DNA from: Octopus vulgaris
Taxonomy: Eukaryota
Length of the DNA: 64,000 nt
Direction: 5' to 3'
NCBI GenBank assembly: GCA_951406725.2
Contig: OX597816.1
Span: 143,282,001 to 143,346,000, forward strand
Both the position numbers and the translations under genes were made by a program. A model generated the notes under the pieces. That model was not told where the DNA came from. It made no database searches and worked only from the letters and a program-made list of their open reading frames with translations. Position 1 is the stretch's first letter. Every line of letters begins with the position of its first letter. Below are positions 38,571-52,747 of this stretch, piece after piece.

Positions 38571-40551
38571 ATAACTAAAAGTGTATGAGACAGCGCCAGT
38601 GGTTTCAAGGTAGGAAGATTCTATTGAATTCAGTTAAATGAAGTAACCACACGGCTAAGCTCACGCACTTGGTCGAAAGGTTGGTGCTTCATGGCCTGGC
38701 AGTGACACTGTTGTGTCTACAGCTAAGATATTTAACTCACACGATGCCCACTACATATAGATGAAAAGAGGCGCTACTGGGTAGAAACAACTCACCACTC
38801 TTAATGTATGTGTGTATGTGTGTGTGTGTGTATGTGTGTGCACATACATATGTATACATCATAGAATGGTTTTCAACAAACCAAATCTGTAATAAAAACA
38901 GACTTGGTTATTTCTTAAAGCACTTTATTTACTACAGATTGTGATTTTTAGTACCAGGCATAGTCTATAGCTTGAAGAGGTATGGTATCTGCATACAACT
39001 TGCCTGGATACATTACACAAGAAAATCAAGTTATTGGTGATGACAAAACAACCTATTTTGGATTACTGTACACTTCATTTAAAGTGACATAGATACATAT
39101 GTGTATGTGGGGGTATGTATGACTGTGTGTATATATATATGTACGTGTATGTGTGTTCATATGTGTGAATGTGCTCGCCAACCAACTAAAAGGTTAACTT
39201 TTATTCTTGTGAGGTTGGTAAAATACATACCAGTCAATTATTAATTCTGCTTCCTGTAATTACCTTTCAAAGTATTCAACTTCAGCCAGAGAGCAAATGT
39301 TCCTCCTAGAACTAACTCCGATTTCTATGACCTTTATTAAATTTCTGTTGAGAAAATGCAAGTAGTTTTGTTGTGGAATAACTCTGCCATCCTCTGTGAA
39401 CTAAAGCAGTTTCTTTTCTTCTGGATTGCCTACTAGACTAAGACCATAGCTACGGCATGATACTGGTGTTAACATTATCTGATATTTGAGTGCTTTTAGC
39501 AGAATTCACTCAGTTGCCAACAGTCAGAACAAGTTCCTGTTTAAAGATCACTCAGAATCTTAATACATAGCTTCCTATGACAGCAATCCATGAATCATGG
39601 TTTCTTCCACCTTTTGTCCCTCATATATTTCAGAGATCTCGTAAAGGTCATGAGTGGTGCTTTACTCCCTGTACTAGTCTATAACAAAAATAATACAAAC
39701 ATTTTTCAGTTTTTCAGTAACTCCTCTGCCCTCCTATTATTCTAACTGTATTTCTCCTCCCACATCTTCCACTAAGCCTGTTTTTATCCTCAATTCTTCT
39801 CTTTTGCACAGCAACCCTCTATATATGTTCTACCATAGCTATATTTTCCCAGTAGACATCTAATGTTCAAACTGAATAGTAACCACACTGATCTTATCAG
39901 TCTAAGAGTATCTGGCAACAATTGTAGGTACTCCTCCTCTAACTAACTTATCAACATGTTCAGTTTATAGTTATTCCTGCCTTTTAATTTCAGTATTAAG
40001 TTAATATTAATATATTCAATGAAGATTTCATTAAAAATTCTAAGTAGAAATAAATATGCAGTGAGAAAAATATTAGTCAATGACCAATATTATTTGGCAG
40101 TTACAAAAGACATATCTCAGTTCTATACTAACTTCATTGACAAAGCACAGACTCCATCATACTTCTAATAAAAGTAATGTTGGAAGAATCATTACTTCCT
40201 TCACTTGAGTTATTACAGATTGAATCATTAGGAGAATCATTGAAACTGAAAAAATGATGGAAGAATCATCAAATAAATGTGCAAAAGTGCACATTGGATG
40301 GCAAGACCATACAGATATGCTATCATTCACCATTTACAGTTCAAGCTATAATAAAAAATTTACTATTGATTCTTTGATGAAAGCCAAGTTATTTACCCAT
40401 CATCAAATAATTAGGTATCCAATTCATAATGCCATAATACTAGAACAATTTTCAAAAGACAGTTGGTATTATTTTAAAACTAAATAACAAAACTAAATTT
40501 TTTAAAAATCACATCAGCTTTATAATGAAAATTAAATATATATTTACTCAC

Positions 40552-40698
40552 ATCTTTATGTCTAGTTGAAAACCATTTAGGACCAAGAAATGATAAAGAC
40601 ATATACGATTTCTCATCATTTGCTAACAAAATCAGTGCATTGACAAACATATGCCAATGTGAAGTAATGTTTGATTTCGTGAGATCTCTTTCTCTTTC
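40552..40698 (-). CDS. KICS2: KICS2 coding exon 2 (ERERDLTKSNITSHWHMFVNALILLANDEKSYMSLSFLGPKWFSTRHKD)
   Basis: TGCAG acceptor, GTGAGT donor, 147 nt, phase 0/0. Resembles human EKEREANK...LAAAEKVYHSLTYLGQK...RKD. Confidence 0.9.
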
Positions 40699-42124
40699 CT
40701 GCATTGAACAAAACAAAAAAAAAACATGGTAATGAAGATTAGATGGGAATTGTGTTTAACAATTTTGAAATGATAGAATTGTTAGAGCATTGGACAAAAT
40801 GTATACAGTATTTATTCCAAGTTCAAATGCAGCCAAGACAACTTTGCCTTCCATCCATCTGAGTCAATAAAATAAAGTAACAGTTAAGTACTGAACCGGT
40901 TTAACATTATAATAAAGCATCTTGAAGGTGGGAGAAGGTATAGTTAAACAAAACTTTAAAAAAGGAAAAGTATATTTGAAATTAAGATAATGTTGCTACA
41001 TAGCACTGATCAAGTAGATCTATATTCAAAGGCATTACAGCAATGGACAATCTTATCTTTTTTCCTAGGTGTAGTATATCTAGAACTCCATTATTCAATA
41101 AGTTAATTTTTAGAATGGTAGAGTGTGATTCAAAGAAGATTTAGCTACTCTAGCAGGTCAAGTGACTAAATAGAAGCTCTGTTTTTGACAGTATTATATA
41201 ATCTCTGTATCATACAATACTGGCTCAGCAATAAACTATGTATTTACATGTCAGATCAATTAGTTAAAAACAACTTCAGGGAAAATAAAATGATGATTGC
41301 CAGGCTGTCACTACACATATAAAAATATGAACCAACAACAGAGTTGGTTGCTCAACCTACTAGAAATAACAGCCAAATTGTCTTCGACCAGATCTATCAT
41401 CTTAAAATAGGAAAGGTACATTGGACAATATAGTCTTAAATGCACTATGTCTTAAATATACTTCGTAGGAATAGATAAAACTGGAATATAATCACTTTAC
41501 TGCATGTACTGGGTGCTTTTTTTCAATGTCACCTGCACTATTGAGGTTGCCATGCAGCATAAAGGATTTTGAACCCTGGAGATGTGGCAGAGGAGGAGGT
41601 CAGCTTCTTATTAGGGGATGAGGTTAAACTATGAGAAGGGGAATGAGGGTGAGAGCAGCTTCTTATAGAGGATCTGCATTATATGTTGCTCAATCAAAGC
41701 TGACCAGAGTCTAAACAACAGCACACTAGCTAAAATGTAAAGGTGTTGTGTGTGACAATAAAATGCACCCAGTCCACACTGTGGAGTGGCTAGTGATAGA
41801 ATGGACATCCACTTGTAAAAATGACAACAGAGAGAACTAATCTCTGACATGACTAAAGCGTTCCTATACACTATGTCACCTCTGTTCTTTCACTGAAATT
41901 ATATGATATAGATTGTTGAACTGTGCAAGTTCTGGTTAGAGGATATGAACTATCGGCCTTTCAACTATAATGCAACATCTTAACTTTCCCACTCACAAAG
42001 AGTAATTTTTCTTGATGCAAATCAAAATATGAAATATATTCAAAAAGTACAAAGATTGAAATAAGAAATTTTTTTAAAAAGAGATATAATAAATAAAAAT
42101 GAAACAAAATACAACAAAACTCAC

Positions 42125-42268
42125 AGTCAACTCTCTGGCTTGATCAAAATTGAATTCACTGAGAAGCTGAAAATAGTCCTCGATAATTTTTTCTTCCCGC
42201 AGAGACATTGATGGGGTCTTCGGAGAAACTGGTGATTGTACCTTACTGTTGCTTCCACTTCCACGCAT
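42125..42268 (-). CDS. KICS2: KICS2/C12orf66 orthologue, coding exon 1 (MRGSGSNSKVQSPVSPKTPSMSLREEKIIEDYFQLLSEFNFDQARELT)
   Basis: ATG at 42268, preceded by a polypyrimidine tract and AG acceptors (exon start 42276 or 42285), so a 5'UTR exon lies upstream. Donor ACT|GTGAGT at 42124, phase 0. EEKIIEDYFQLLSEFNFDQARE resembles the human N-terminus [22 protein letters not shown], recalled from memory. Confidence 0.88.
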
Positions 42269-42374
42269 ATTGGAAACTACAAAAACTATAAAAAAAGAAA
42301 ATTATAAATACATAAATAATAATATTTACTTTTTCATTTGTTCCACTGTTTCTATTTATGTTACTTCTATAGTA

Positions 42375-42600
42375 ATACTGCCCACGATCTTCTCTGGCAC
42401 ACCATAGTGTTGTAAGATGTCCCAGATTGTCTGCCTATCTACACTGTCAAGTGCTTTTTCAAAGTCGATGAAGCACACATAGAGTGACATTTGCTATTCC
42501 ATTGTCTGCTCCACGATGACTCTTGAGTGTCACAATCTGGTCCGTGCATGATCTCTCCTTTCTGAAACCTGCCTGCTCATCTCTGTGCTGCTTGTAAATG
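42375..42600 (-). mobile_element. RTE-like reverse transcriptase fragment
   Basis: Hand translation gives DQIVT..VIVEQTME*QMSLYVCFIDFEKALDSVDRQTIWDILQHYGVPEKI, an RT-domain motif. Confidence 0.75.
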
Positions 42601-45600
42601 GTTAGCTTGTTGAAATTTCAAGTGAATGTGCTAAATATGTGGCGACACCTCATGTGGAAATTGTTATCTTGTATGTCTCCTATAGACAATCCAGGATCAT
42701 AGGCATACAGAATTTTAACAACAGCTGCAAAGCAGACTTTCAGCTTTGTGATGAGGGTGATTCTCTTAAGCTTCCACACATTCTCACTAAACCCATTGGA
42801 GAATTTGATCATAAATTTTCAAGGCTCTTTTTGTTGTTCAAAGGATTTCTAATCAAGCAAACCTGTGCCTAAAGATCTCACTTTTTTCCTAAGTGCAGTG
42901 TACCTTGGATCACATCTGATGTGTCCCTTTCTTAGATAGAAGTATGTGATTTAACCCTTTAGCATTTAAACCAGCTGTATCAGACTCAAATATTCTACTT
43001 GTTCTACTGTAATGGTGAACTGTACTTCATTGTATTAAGCAAATTAATGAAAGTGAAAAGTATTTGTCAGAGACACAGAAGCAATAATGCTGGTTGTATG
43101 ATTATAAACTGTATATAAACTGCCAAGCCTAAGGTTGGCAGACCACTGTCACTTTGGATTTGATCAGTAGAAACTCTCATTAAGAAAAACACAGTTTCTT
43201 GGCAAAAATAGTTGAGGGCTTGGCTAAATTGAATTACACTGTTTAGCTGCACCCATTATATTCTACATGTAAATTATACCAGAGTTAACATAAACAATAA
43301 AATAAGTGTTCAGTCATATACTCGTCTTAATTCATTCAACCTAACCAGTCTCCTACATATTTGTTGCCAGAAGACAAAATTAATCCTTGCTAAGAATGTT
43401 TAAAAATTAAATGTCTGAGATGAGTTGTAAATAAGATTCAGACTAATGATATCTTTTAGAGATGAAAAAATGTTCAATATGCTGTTACAATCAATTTGAT
43501 ATTTGTCAATGGGTGTTTTATTTCAATGAAACCACAGTTTAGGTGGAAATATTAAAAAAAAAATCTTTCATGAGGATAGTTGTCAAAAAAATTATTATCT
43601 TATGAACAGATGTATTCTAATATTTTAGCATTCATCATCATCATCATCGTTTAACATCCATTATTGTTAATTTCTCTATTCAGAATTTAAACAAAAGATA
43701 CTTCACACAGCCAAATGAGTAAAGTATTTGTCTATATTCAATACAGATTCTTCATAATGTTTTCTAACATTTGTACTTGCTTGTTTACTATATTAGTTGA
43801 CCCATATACCATTATTCCAAAACAACAAAGTTCCAAGGCAATTATTTGCTGTGTATATATGTATGTATTTATGAATTTGTATGCATATGGATTTATATTC
43901 ACACAATAAAACAAATTAGAATTAGTCAGTCACGGGTTCCATCTTTAGACACACAGTAAAAAAAAATGAGAATCTTATTTCAGAATGAAGAATGATTTAA
44001 AGAGCAATTTTACAAAAGACATAAGCACATAGAAATAAATATAAATTACTAATACATTGTTCAAATTCATATTGTCTCTCCAGAGGATACAGTTCAAATC
44101 ACTCTACAGCAATAATACTATTATGTAAATATTTCCATAGTAATTTAAGTATCTCCTGGAGATCTAAGTGGTTCATTGGAACTAGTACTTAGCCCCAGTT
44201 TCATAGTGTTAAGCAAATAAGATAAATCTTTCCCTGGATAGGAGACTTTATCCTGAAGATCTGGTTGCTGTTCTTTGTAGCTTGATGAAACAATGTATTC
44301 TGCCAGTATTGAAGCAGAATTGAACTCAAACTCCATAAGCTGATGGTCCAATAGTAAATATACACAACCATTCCCCTTCTTTTATTACTCATATAAACTA
44401 CATTATATTAACTGCCTCTGATAAAAAGTGCTTGTCATTAAAGAAAAGGTGGTAAAAGAAAGAAAAAAAGAAACCCAACAATAAAAAATGTTTTCATGCA
44501 ACTGACAAAATTTCTAATTCCATGTCTAACAAAATAGAAGTAAGAAACTTCTGCAAAAGGATCCAATCATATAATTAATGTAGAGATATTAGAAAAGTTC
44601 TGGCTTTAAGATATAAAACATATCATTTGAGCGAAATAGTCAAGTACATATATTAAGCCAGAAACTGATAGATCATGAGTTCAAGTCTACCACAGAAATT
44701 CAGCTGTTTTTTGTGACAGTACACAAATCTACAGAACTCAAATCACTAAACTATTGAGAATAGCTAGCAGACCATTTGAAACATTTAAACAATCTGTCTA
44801 ATGCCATAAACTAGAACTGAGCATAGCTTTTATTAATTTTATTAAAATGCAAATATCTCAAAACATTTGCTTGAAGCAGGAAAATATTGGAAATGTAGCA
44901 AGCACATCAATATACAGCTACATTATTCATTTTATAATTTTATTTCATAAATCACATTTTGTGGACAATAGCATCATTGATTATAGGTTTTACAAGGTCA
45001 ATCACTGCACTGGATTTATAAATGACAAATGATGTCACTGACACTCTGGCAGAACAAATATCACAGAAGACCTTGATTGAAAGCAGTCAGTTTACTGGGG
45101 GGAAGGGTCTGAAAGTTACACACATACAAGTTTCAGTACAGTTTCTATCTGCCAAATTCCTCTGAACCCAAGGCTACAGTAGGAGATACTTATTCAGGGT
45201 ATTACAGAGTGCCATTGAAACCAGAATCATGTATTTGTGAAACCATACCCATATTTGTGCACATCACACTCCATTAGCCTTCTATACTGTATTGCAGGAC
45301 ACTACAATACATAATTCTCCTCTACACCATTTCAAGACAGCTGTTACACTATTCCATGAAGAACTTCAACATCACAGTCAATTTTGTGGAAGTTTGTGAT
45401 GTTATCAGTATTTGCATTGTTCATGGCCAATTAACATTATTCTTGCAGGAAAAAAAAAGCCTACCAAAAATAAACCAACATCCTGCCTAAAGGAACATTT
45501 TGATATCCACTCAATGTTATGGAAACTAGAACTGATCACTGACTGAATAGATACCTGCACTTTGAAGGTTTCTTTTCTTTCCTAACTAATAAAACTGCTC

Positions 45601-47562
45601 ACAACTACATATAGGGAGTTAAATATTCAAATCTGTAGATTTAAAAAAAACCATTCACTATTCAGTAATTATATGCTATAAACACATGGTATTGCTAATT
45701 ATCAGTCTTAGAAGAATTCTGCAAAATACCATTAACTGTAAACTCAGAGATGTTTACAGAGTTAATTTGTGTAGCTGAGTAAGGTGCTGATACGAAAAAC
45801 TAGTTAATGTTTTCATAGATTTTTCTTCAAAAAGTGCCTGCTGTATTTAGTAATTCAAGTGAGGATATATTGGATTAGTTCTTGATGATTTTAGTAATGC
45901 AAATTAACACAATACTTATGTTTATGCAATACTAGTATATGTGCAATCATTGTTTACTATTTGTATTGGTAAATGCTCAATACCTCTAAGTTTCACAGAT
46001 TTAGCGTGTACCTATGCTTGGAATATATGGATTTGTGAGACTGATCTCAATTTAAGACTAATATTACAAGTTTGGCTGAAGTATTGCTTACTTTAATTCC
46101 TAGATTGACAACTTGGCAGGGAATACATCCCCAAACAATTTCATCCAATGTATCTAGATGTGGTTAAGATCTGTTTGCTTGTAAAGTAAGCTGAACAGAT
46201 TTCATTAATTCAGGCCAATATGCCTTTAAGTACCTACAAACCCATTCAACATGATCTCAAGAACATGCATAGAATGACCAACACCCTATGTGGTAATTAT
46301 ACCCCTACTTGAATAAACTCTTCAGCTAAAGGTGTTAATAATGATCAATCTTTTGCTCAATTGAATAGATGCTGAAGATCACTTTTGGCTTCAAACTTTC
46401 TTCTCCATTTGTTTTATCTTTTGATTAACAAAGTGGAATGGTATAATTAATTTGCCAAAGCAGTTTCAGTGGCATTTGCTTTGATAATACTCCATAGTAA
46501 TTGACAATGCACAATCAAAAGTGGCAGCAAAATCCACTACTGTGACAACTGTTAGAATGATTATAAGGAGGCATTAATGCTGAAAGATCCAGTGATGTGG
46601 AAAATTTCCAGTATCCTGAAATTTTACAAATAAGATGATGCAGCTATGTCACAGAAAGCTTAAAACTAACTTTGAAGACTTTCATCAAAGACCTTCCTCA
46701 AAGAAGCTAATGGTGCCTAATACTTAATCATTTACTATTACTCTCTTGAATTCATTTACAGTTTGTGAACTATTTCCCTTTGGTTATATGAACTAGAATT
46801 TCGCATTTTGCTTGTGAGGCAGCATCATTCCAGTAATGGGATATAAATAGTCAACTCCATCAAACAGGCCAACATCCTAAAATTTTAGACAAATATAACC
46901 CCTGATAAAATATAGCTTAATCAGTTAGATCAGTGGTTTACAAATTTGGCCCTACCACCTCATAGAGGGTTATTTCAGTTTGAATAAAGGAGCTCTTACT
47001 ACTTTGAAATTTATGTAATTACCTGGTATGATACTGAGTGGTCCATTCTTCTTGGTAAGGTTAGCAGAAATACTAAAACCTGATATTCTTTAAATATTTT
47101 AATAGTATGTAATTCCTAAAATTTCATGATAATGAAAATTTACCTTATCACTGGACTATTGCAGCTTTACTACTGCTATTCAATGAAGAAGAGAGAAGTG
47201 TGTGGCAGCTGACATGAAAACAGCTGAACCGATGTAGTAAGCACTTTACCATCCCGCTCCTTAACACTTTTCAATATGCTATGGTTACATGTACTTCATC
47301 AAAACAGCTTCCACTTCATCATAGATAATAGAGTCTAAATCTTTATATATTGATTGATGCTTCTTGATCATCAATCCAACACAGTTTAATGTAGCATTTT
47401 AAGTTGTTTAAATATTTTGCTTTGATAAGGCACAAAGTCAATTTTCATGGAGGGCTGGGTAAGGAAATGTATAAAGTCAACTGAATCAACTTCAGTGTAA
47501 TACTTAAACACATGCAAAGGATGAAAGATAAAACAGTAATAATATTTGAATCCAGAACATAA

Positions 47563-48035
47563 ATCATCATCATCATTGTTTAACATCCGCTTTCCATGCT
47601 AGCATGGGTGAGGCGATTTGACTGAGGTCTGGCGAACCAGATGGCTGCACCAGACTCCAATCTCATCTGGCAGAGTTTCTACAGCTGGATGCCCTTCCTA
47701 ATACCAACCACTCTGAGAGTGTAGTGGGTGCTTTTACGTGCCACTGGCACGAGGGCCAGTCAGGTGGTACTGGCAACAGCCATGCTCAAATGGTGATTTT
47801 TATGTGCCACCTGCACAGGAGCCAGTCCAGCGGCACTGGCAACAACCTCGCTTGAATATTTTTTCACGTGCCACCAGCACAAGTGCTGGTAAGGCAACGC
47901 AGGTAACAATCACGCTCGAATGGTGTTTTTTACATGCCATCGACACACGGAGGCCAGCTTATTGCTCTGGCAATGATCTTGCTCATATGATACTCTTAGC
48001 ACTCCATTAGTACGGGTGCCAGTCATCGAATTTGA
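47563..48035 (-). mobile_element. Repeat family C copy
   Basis: Near reverse complement of 18145-18540. Confidence 0.85.
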
Positions 48036-48469
48036 TTAAATGAAGGCACTTAATCTATTTTGTAGGGTATTTTGATTTTATTTTTATAGTAATAAACTCT
48101 TGTTGTCCCATTTCTTTTCACATTTTAACATTATGGCACCATGGACATGCTACTTAATTGCTTGATGTCTAAAATAACTTGATTCTCATTGAAGAGTATA
48201 TTAAATTTTCAACAATTCAAACCATGTAAACTAAGTCTTGAATGAAATATTTTTTTAGAAATATAACAACCATCAGTGTACAATTTTACTTTATCATTAC
48301 TTCAAACAAGCATGTGTAATTATCCTTTGACTAATTTTCTGCTGTCATGAGTAATTAGTAATTATTCACCTATACATATATTTTTTTATATGAAAGCCTT
48401 AAACAAGACAAGAAACCACTTAGTGTAAAAGACTATGAAGGAGAAATTAAAATGAAAGGAATTAATTTA

Positions 48470-48965
48470 CTTTCAACTTGAAAGAATTCAGGTCATAAGG
48501 AGGAAAACAATGAGATGGATGAGAGTTCCAAAGTCTGGCAGTTCGAGAAAAAAAACTATGACCATAGAAAGATTTGTTGTTCATGAAAACAGAACAGCAT
48601 TTGGATGAAGACGCTGTGAGTTTCAAGTGAGGCGAGATGGAACAAGGTGATCTGGAACTAAGAGAGGAAGTTCATCAGAGCACTTTCTGTGGCAATAATG
48701 ATAGAAAAAACTAAGATTGGTGATGTCACATCAGTGTCACAAAAGTTGTAGAGTTGAAGCAAGAGAAAGACCACTCAAATTAGAGAATCACTTCTGAACC
48801 TGGTCAAGGACATTCAGGTGAAAAGATGGTGCACCTGCCCAAATATAACAAGTGTATTCCATATACAGATGAATTGTGGACTTGTAAAGATACAAAATGG
48901 CCTTGGATGTGAGGTAGTCCTTTGACCTATACAATGACCCAGCCTTATGAGAAGCAGACCTACCA
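48470..48965 (-). mobile_element. Degenerate LINE (CR1/Jockey-like) RT C-terminal fragment
   Basis: ASHKAGSLYRSKDYLTSKAILYLYKSTIHLYMEYTCYIWAGA..LDQVQK, with stops. Confidence 0.7.
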
Positions 48966-49199
48966 ACTGATCATCATCATCGTTTAACGTCCATTCTCCA
49001 TGCTAGCATGGGTTGGACAGTTCGACTGGGGATCTGGGAAGCCAGAAGGCTGCACCAGGCTCCAGTCTGATCGTATATAAGAACCCCAAGAGGGATCAGG
49101 TGATAAAGTGTTATCACTGTTACCTATATCTTCCTCAGGTTTCACTTATATTGTCACTGCATCTATTTCCACATCCATTGTCCATTCACTTCACATGTT

Positions 49200-49830
49200 C
49201 ATGTCAGTTGCTTCTCTTTCTAATAGATCATGCTCACGACATCATTCCTCTAAAGCACTTTTAGACTTTCCATAATCACTGCCCCATCTTACTAATATGG
49301 AGTATTACACTTCTTACAGTTTTATATACTTTCTCTCACAAATAAAAAGAGAAACATTTTGTCAACAAAGACAGCTCTTTATCTTTCTAGTTACCATACT
49401 TTCACTACAGCTACGTCCCATATCAATTGAATCACAAATGTAAAACAAAAACTATCAACTGTATCTTTTGAGCAATTCATGGACTTGACTTCATAGATGC
49501 TTTAACTGCTAACTATTCCTATGCATCTATCCCATCTACTGTCCTAGTTATTTGCCAGCCTCCCAGAAATCAAATTTGTACTCATTGCTCATTCTTTTAC
49601 ATACAAGTAAAGCCACTTCCCAGATAGTACAAGAATTTCATGCTCTTTCTTAATAAATAGCACTTTAGTCATTAGCTTGATCTTTAAATTCTCGATCTTA
49701 CTTCAAAGATTTGTACTCTTTCTGCAACTCTTTGACAGACTCCACTATGAGAACCAAGTCATCAGCCATGGGTAGGTATATTTTTTGAAGTAACTTGTAT
49801 CCTACCATGGCCCTGGAGAATATGCAGTTA
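49200..49830 (-). mobile_element. Degenerate RTE-like RT fragment
   Basis: ADDLVLIVESVKELQK motif, resembling the YADD region. Confidence 0.55.
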
Positions 49831-50819
49831 TATTGGAATGAGGTAGACATATGTCTTTTCTGGGAGAAAGAGAAAACTCTACTTCTCAACATAGACTACT
49901 AATTAGTAACATTGGAGTAAGAACTAGACAGACCCAGAGACAAAAAAACAATCTGAAGAAGGTATGAAAGCTAGCAGATCACTCATCACTCAGCCTGGGT
50001 GTAAAAGAAAACTAGATGATGTGCATATTCAGATAGGGAAGGAAATGTCAAGGAAACAGAGATCAGTGACAGAGGAGACATCTGAAGTTTTTATGAGATA
50101 ACTTATTGCAAGGCACAAACCAGATCTGTGGATAAAGCAAGGTTCCAACCAAATAGAGGGTGATGTGGTATGGTTGAGAGCACCATAAAAGCAAGCTCAA
50201 AAAGAAAAAAGAGAAACAAAAAACCACATCAAGTAGCTTAGAGAAAAGTTAGAAATTAGATATACTTAGCAAAGTAGAAAGAAGTCTGCCAATGTTCTGC
50301 TGTCAGGCTCAGAGGTATGAGGTGTTTTCAATTGCACTAAAAGCATGCAGGTAATGAGGCATGGGTTCTGACACCAAAAAAAGCATATAGAAACACTAAT
50401 ACAGGAAGTTCCTGAATGAGGAGTATGCATTAGAGATAAGACGTACATGTAAGTCTAACAGAAATTGGCTATTGAAATTGACAGGCATATGATTAAGATA
50501 ACCATGATATGAAGGCAGCCACACCATCAGAGATAGTCTCTGAGAGCTGAAAATATCCAGCGATGTAGGATATATATTTGTCATGTCAATTAAATAATAC
50601 AGTATTATCAATAACTGCTATAAGGACAAAGGAGACGCTTAAGAAAGAAGCACCTGCAGGGTAGCAAGCTGATAAACTTAGATAAGATGGAGTTATAGTG
50701 CATGTCAGATTGGACAAAAACTGATACCCTTTTCCAAGTGAGGTGATTACAAAAGAAGTTCTTTGCAAAGTGCAATCCATTATACCTGGCATTTAGTGAC
50801 CTGTAGTATGGTGCTTGCT

Positions 50820-51125
50820 AAGAAAACTAGGTATAGACAAATGGTTTGTGAGAACAGTGCAAGTTATGTACAGATGTTCTGTCAGAAAGTAAGAGTTCAC
50901 AATGAGTTCAGCAAGGACATTTTTGTATACAGGTAGGAATCCATCAGGGTTCCCTTCTCTGCCTCCTCCTATTTATCATAGTTCTTCAGGTCATAACAGG
51001 GGAGTTTAAGACTAGTTATCTAAGGAAGATGATCTAGTCTTTAGAGGTAAATCTGTCAAAGAATTACATAAAGGAATTCCAAACATAGAGTCAAAGACTA
51101 GAATTGAAAGATTTTAATGTATTCT
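50820..51125 (+). mobile_element. Degenerate RTE-like RT fragment
   Basis: KVRVHNEFS...GIHQGSLLCLLLFIIVLQVITGEFKT, resembling the GxxQG motif. Confidence 0.6.
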
Positions 51126-51189
51126 TCTTCAAGTAGTTAAAGATTTTCACCATACAGTGCTAAGAATCTTAATCTCCTCTTAGCTTTGA

Positions 51190-51790
51190 CAAGTCTTCAA
51201 TTTAATGTTGTATATTTCTGTAAAGTGGTTCTCGTCCTCTATTTGGATGTGGAAGTCTCCTAAATAGAACATCTGATATGGCCTGGTATTCAAAACAACA
51301 GCAGCAGCAGCCAATAAAGACAAATCTGTACTGAGCAACAAAAATACAGATTGGTGGAATGTATCTATAAGTCTCCTCTTTGGTCTTCCTCTTCTGCAGG
51401 TTCTTTCTACATGGATCCTTACACCATGGGATGCTTTGAGCCCTCATGTAAAACCTAGTGTACATACCATTAAGATGACTTTAAAGTTCTTTCTTCATGG
51501 CCCAGGTTTCAGCTCCATAGAGAAGAATGCTCTCTACATTTGCTTTGAAGAAGGCCAACATTGTTAGCTTTGAAATACTTGTCAGATGTTTTGTAACTTC
51601 TTACAGGCATTCCAGTAACATAGGACACTGACTTTCTTGTGTTGTGTCATAGTTTGAACAAATTGCCTGGTGGTTTTCATTTTCATTGATGGTCATGTAC
51701 TCAGTCCTCTTTGCATTGGGAAACCTCAACTTTGACTACATTCTCAAGGGATGTTAACAAGTCTTGAGCATCATAGTTGATGAGCTGTGA
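51190..51790 (-). mobile_element. Degenerate RTE/RTE-X-like LINE fragment
   Basis: AFFKANVESILLYGAETWAMKKEL..LNGMYTRFYMRAQSIPW. Confidence 0.65.
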
Positions 51791-52424
51791 GGGCAAGACT
51801 TTTCCCACTGCTTCTGTTTAGCACTCACATCTCTCAGTCTTAAAGTAAACTTAACAAAAACAAATATTTTAGTTAATAGCAAAGAACACAGGAGTCGACT
51901 ATCACTTGGAAAGTGGCCATGCTCAGTTTGCTGAAATGATTTAGGTAAAAATTCCATATAGTATATTCAGTGCAAATTATAAGTGTACTAGTGCAGTGGG
52001 ATCACAATCATGTTGACAGAGGACATCATAACTTGAAGATGCAAAGAAGTAGTTATAACAGAATAAGCCATGAAATAAATTATTTCAAATGCTTGGAAGG
52101 CTCTTGTTCTGAAGCATTATAGCCAGAGCATGGGTGGAAGGTGTTCAGGGGATGATTATCTTTTGGTGCAAACAAAATGATTCACCATGTATGAGGGGGA
52201 TGACTGAATGGAGTGTGAAAGCTAGAAAGGAAGCGATATGTATCTTAGACGACATACAATATGTCAAGCGATCCATACAGAAGGAATCTGCAGAAGAGGA
52301 AGGCTATGGACGTGGGAAGAGGTACTTGACTGATTTCAAGAGACGAACATGGAGATGAACATGGAATGAAACGAGTGGTACAGGAGATTTCATCAAAATC
52401 ATGCATATTTTCCAGGGCGACCTG

Positions 52425-52747
52425 CTGTGCTTGAGGAAACCTATTGAGTTAAGTACATCAACATCAAAATAAAAATCAAATGGAAATTGTAGTTGTGATA
52501 CCAGTGCCAGTGACACGTAAAAAGCACCAACCGATCGTGGCCGTTGCCAGCCTCCTCTGGCCCCTGCGCTGGTGGCATGTAAAAAGCACCCACTACACTC
52601 ACAGAGTAGTTGGCGTTAGGAAGGGCATCCAGCTGTAGAAACACTGCCAGATCAGACTGGAGCCTGGTGCAGCCTCCTGGCTTCCCAGACCCCGGTCGAA
52701 CCGTCCAGCCCATGCTAGCATGGAAAACGGACGTTAAACGATGATGA
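52425..52747 (+). mobile_element. Repeat family C copy (young; CpGs retained)
   Basis: Near reverse complement of 4629-4932; tail GGACGTTAAACGATGATGA. Confidence 0.85.
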
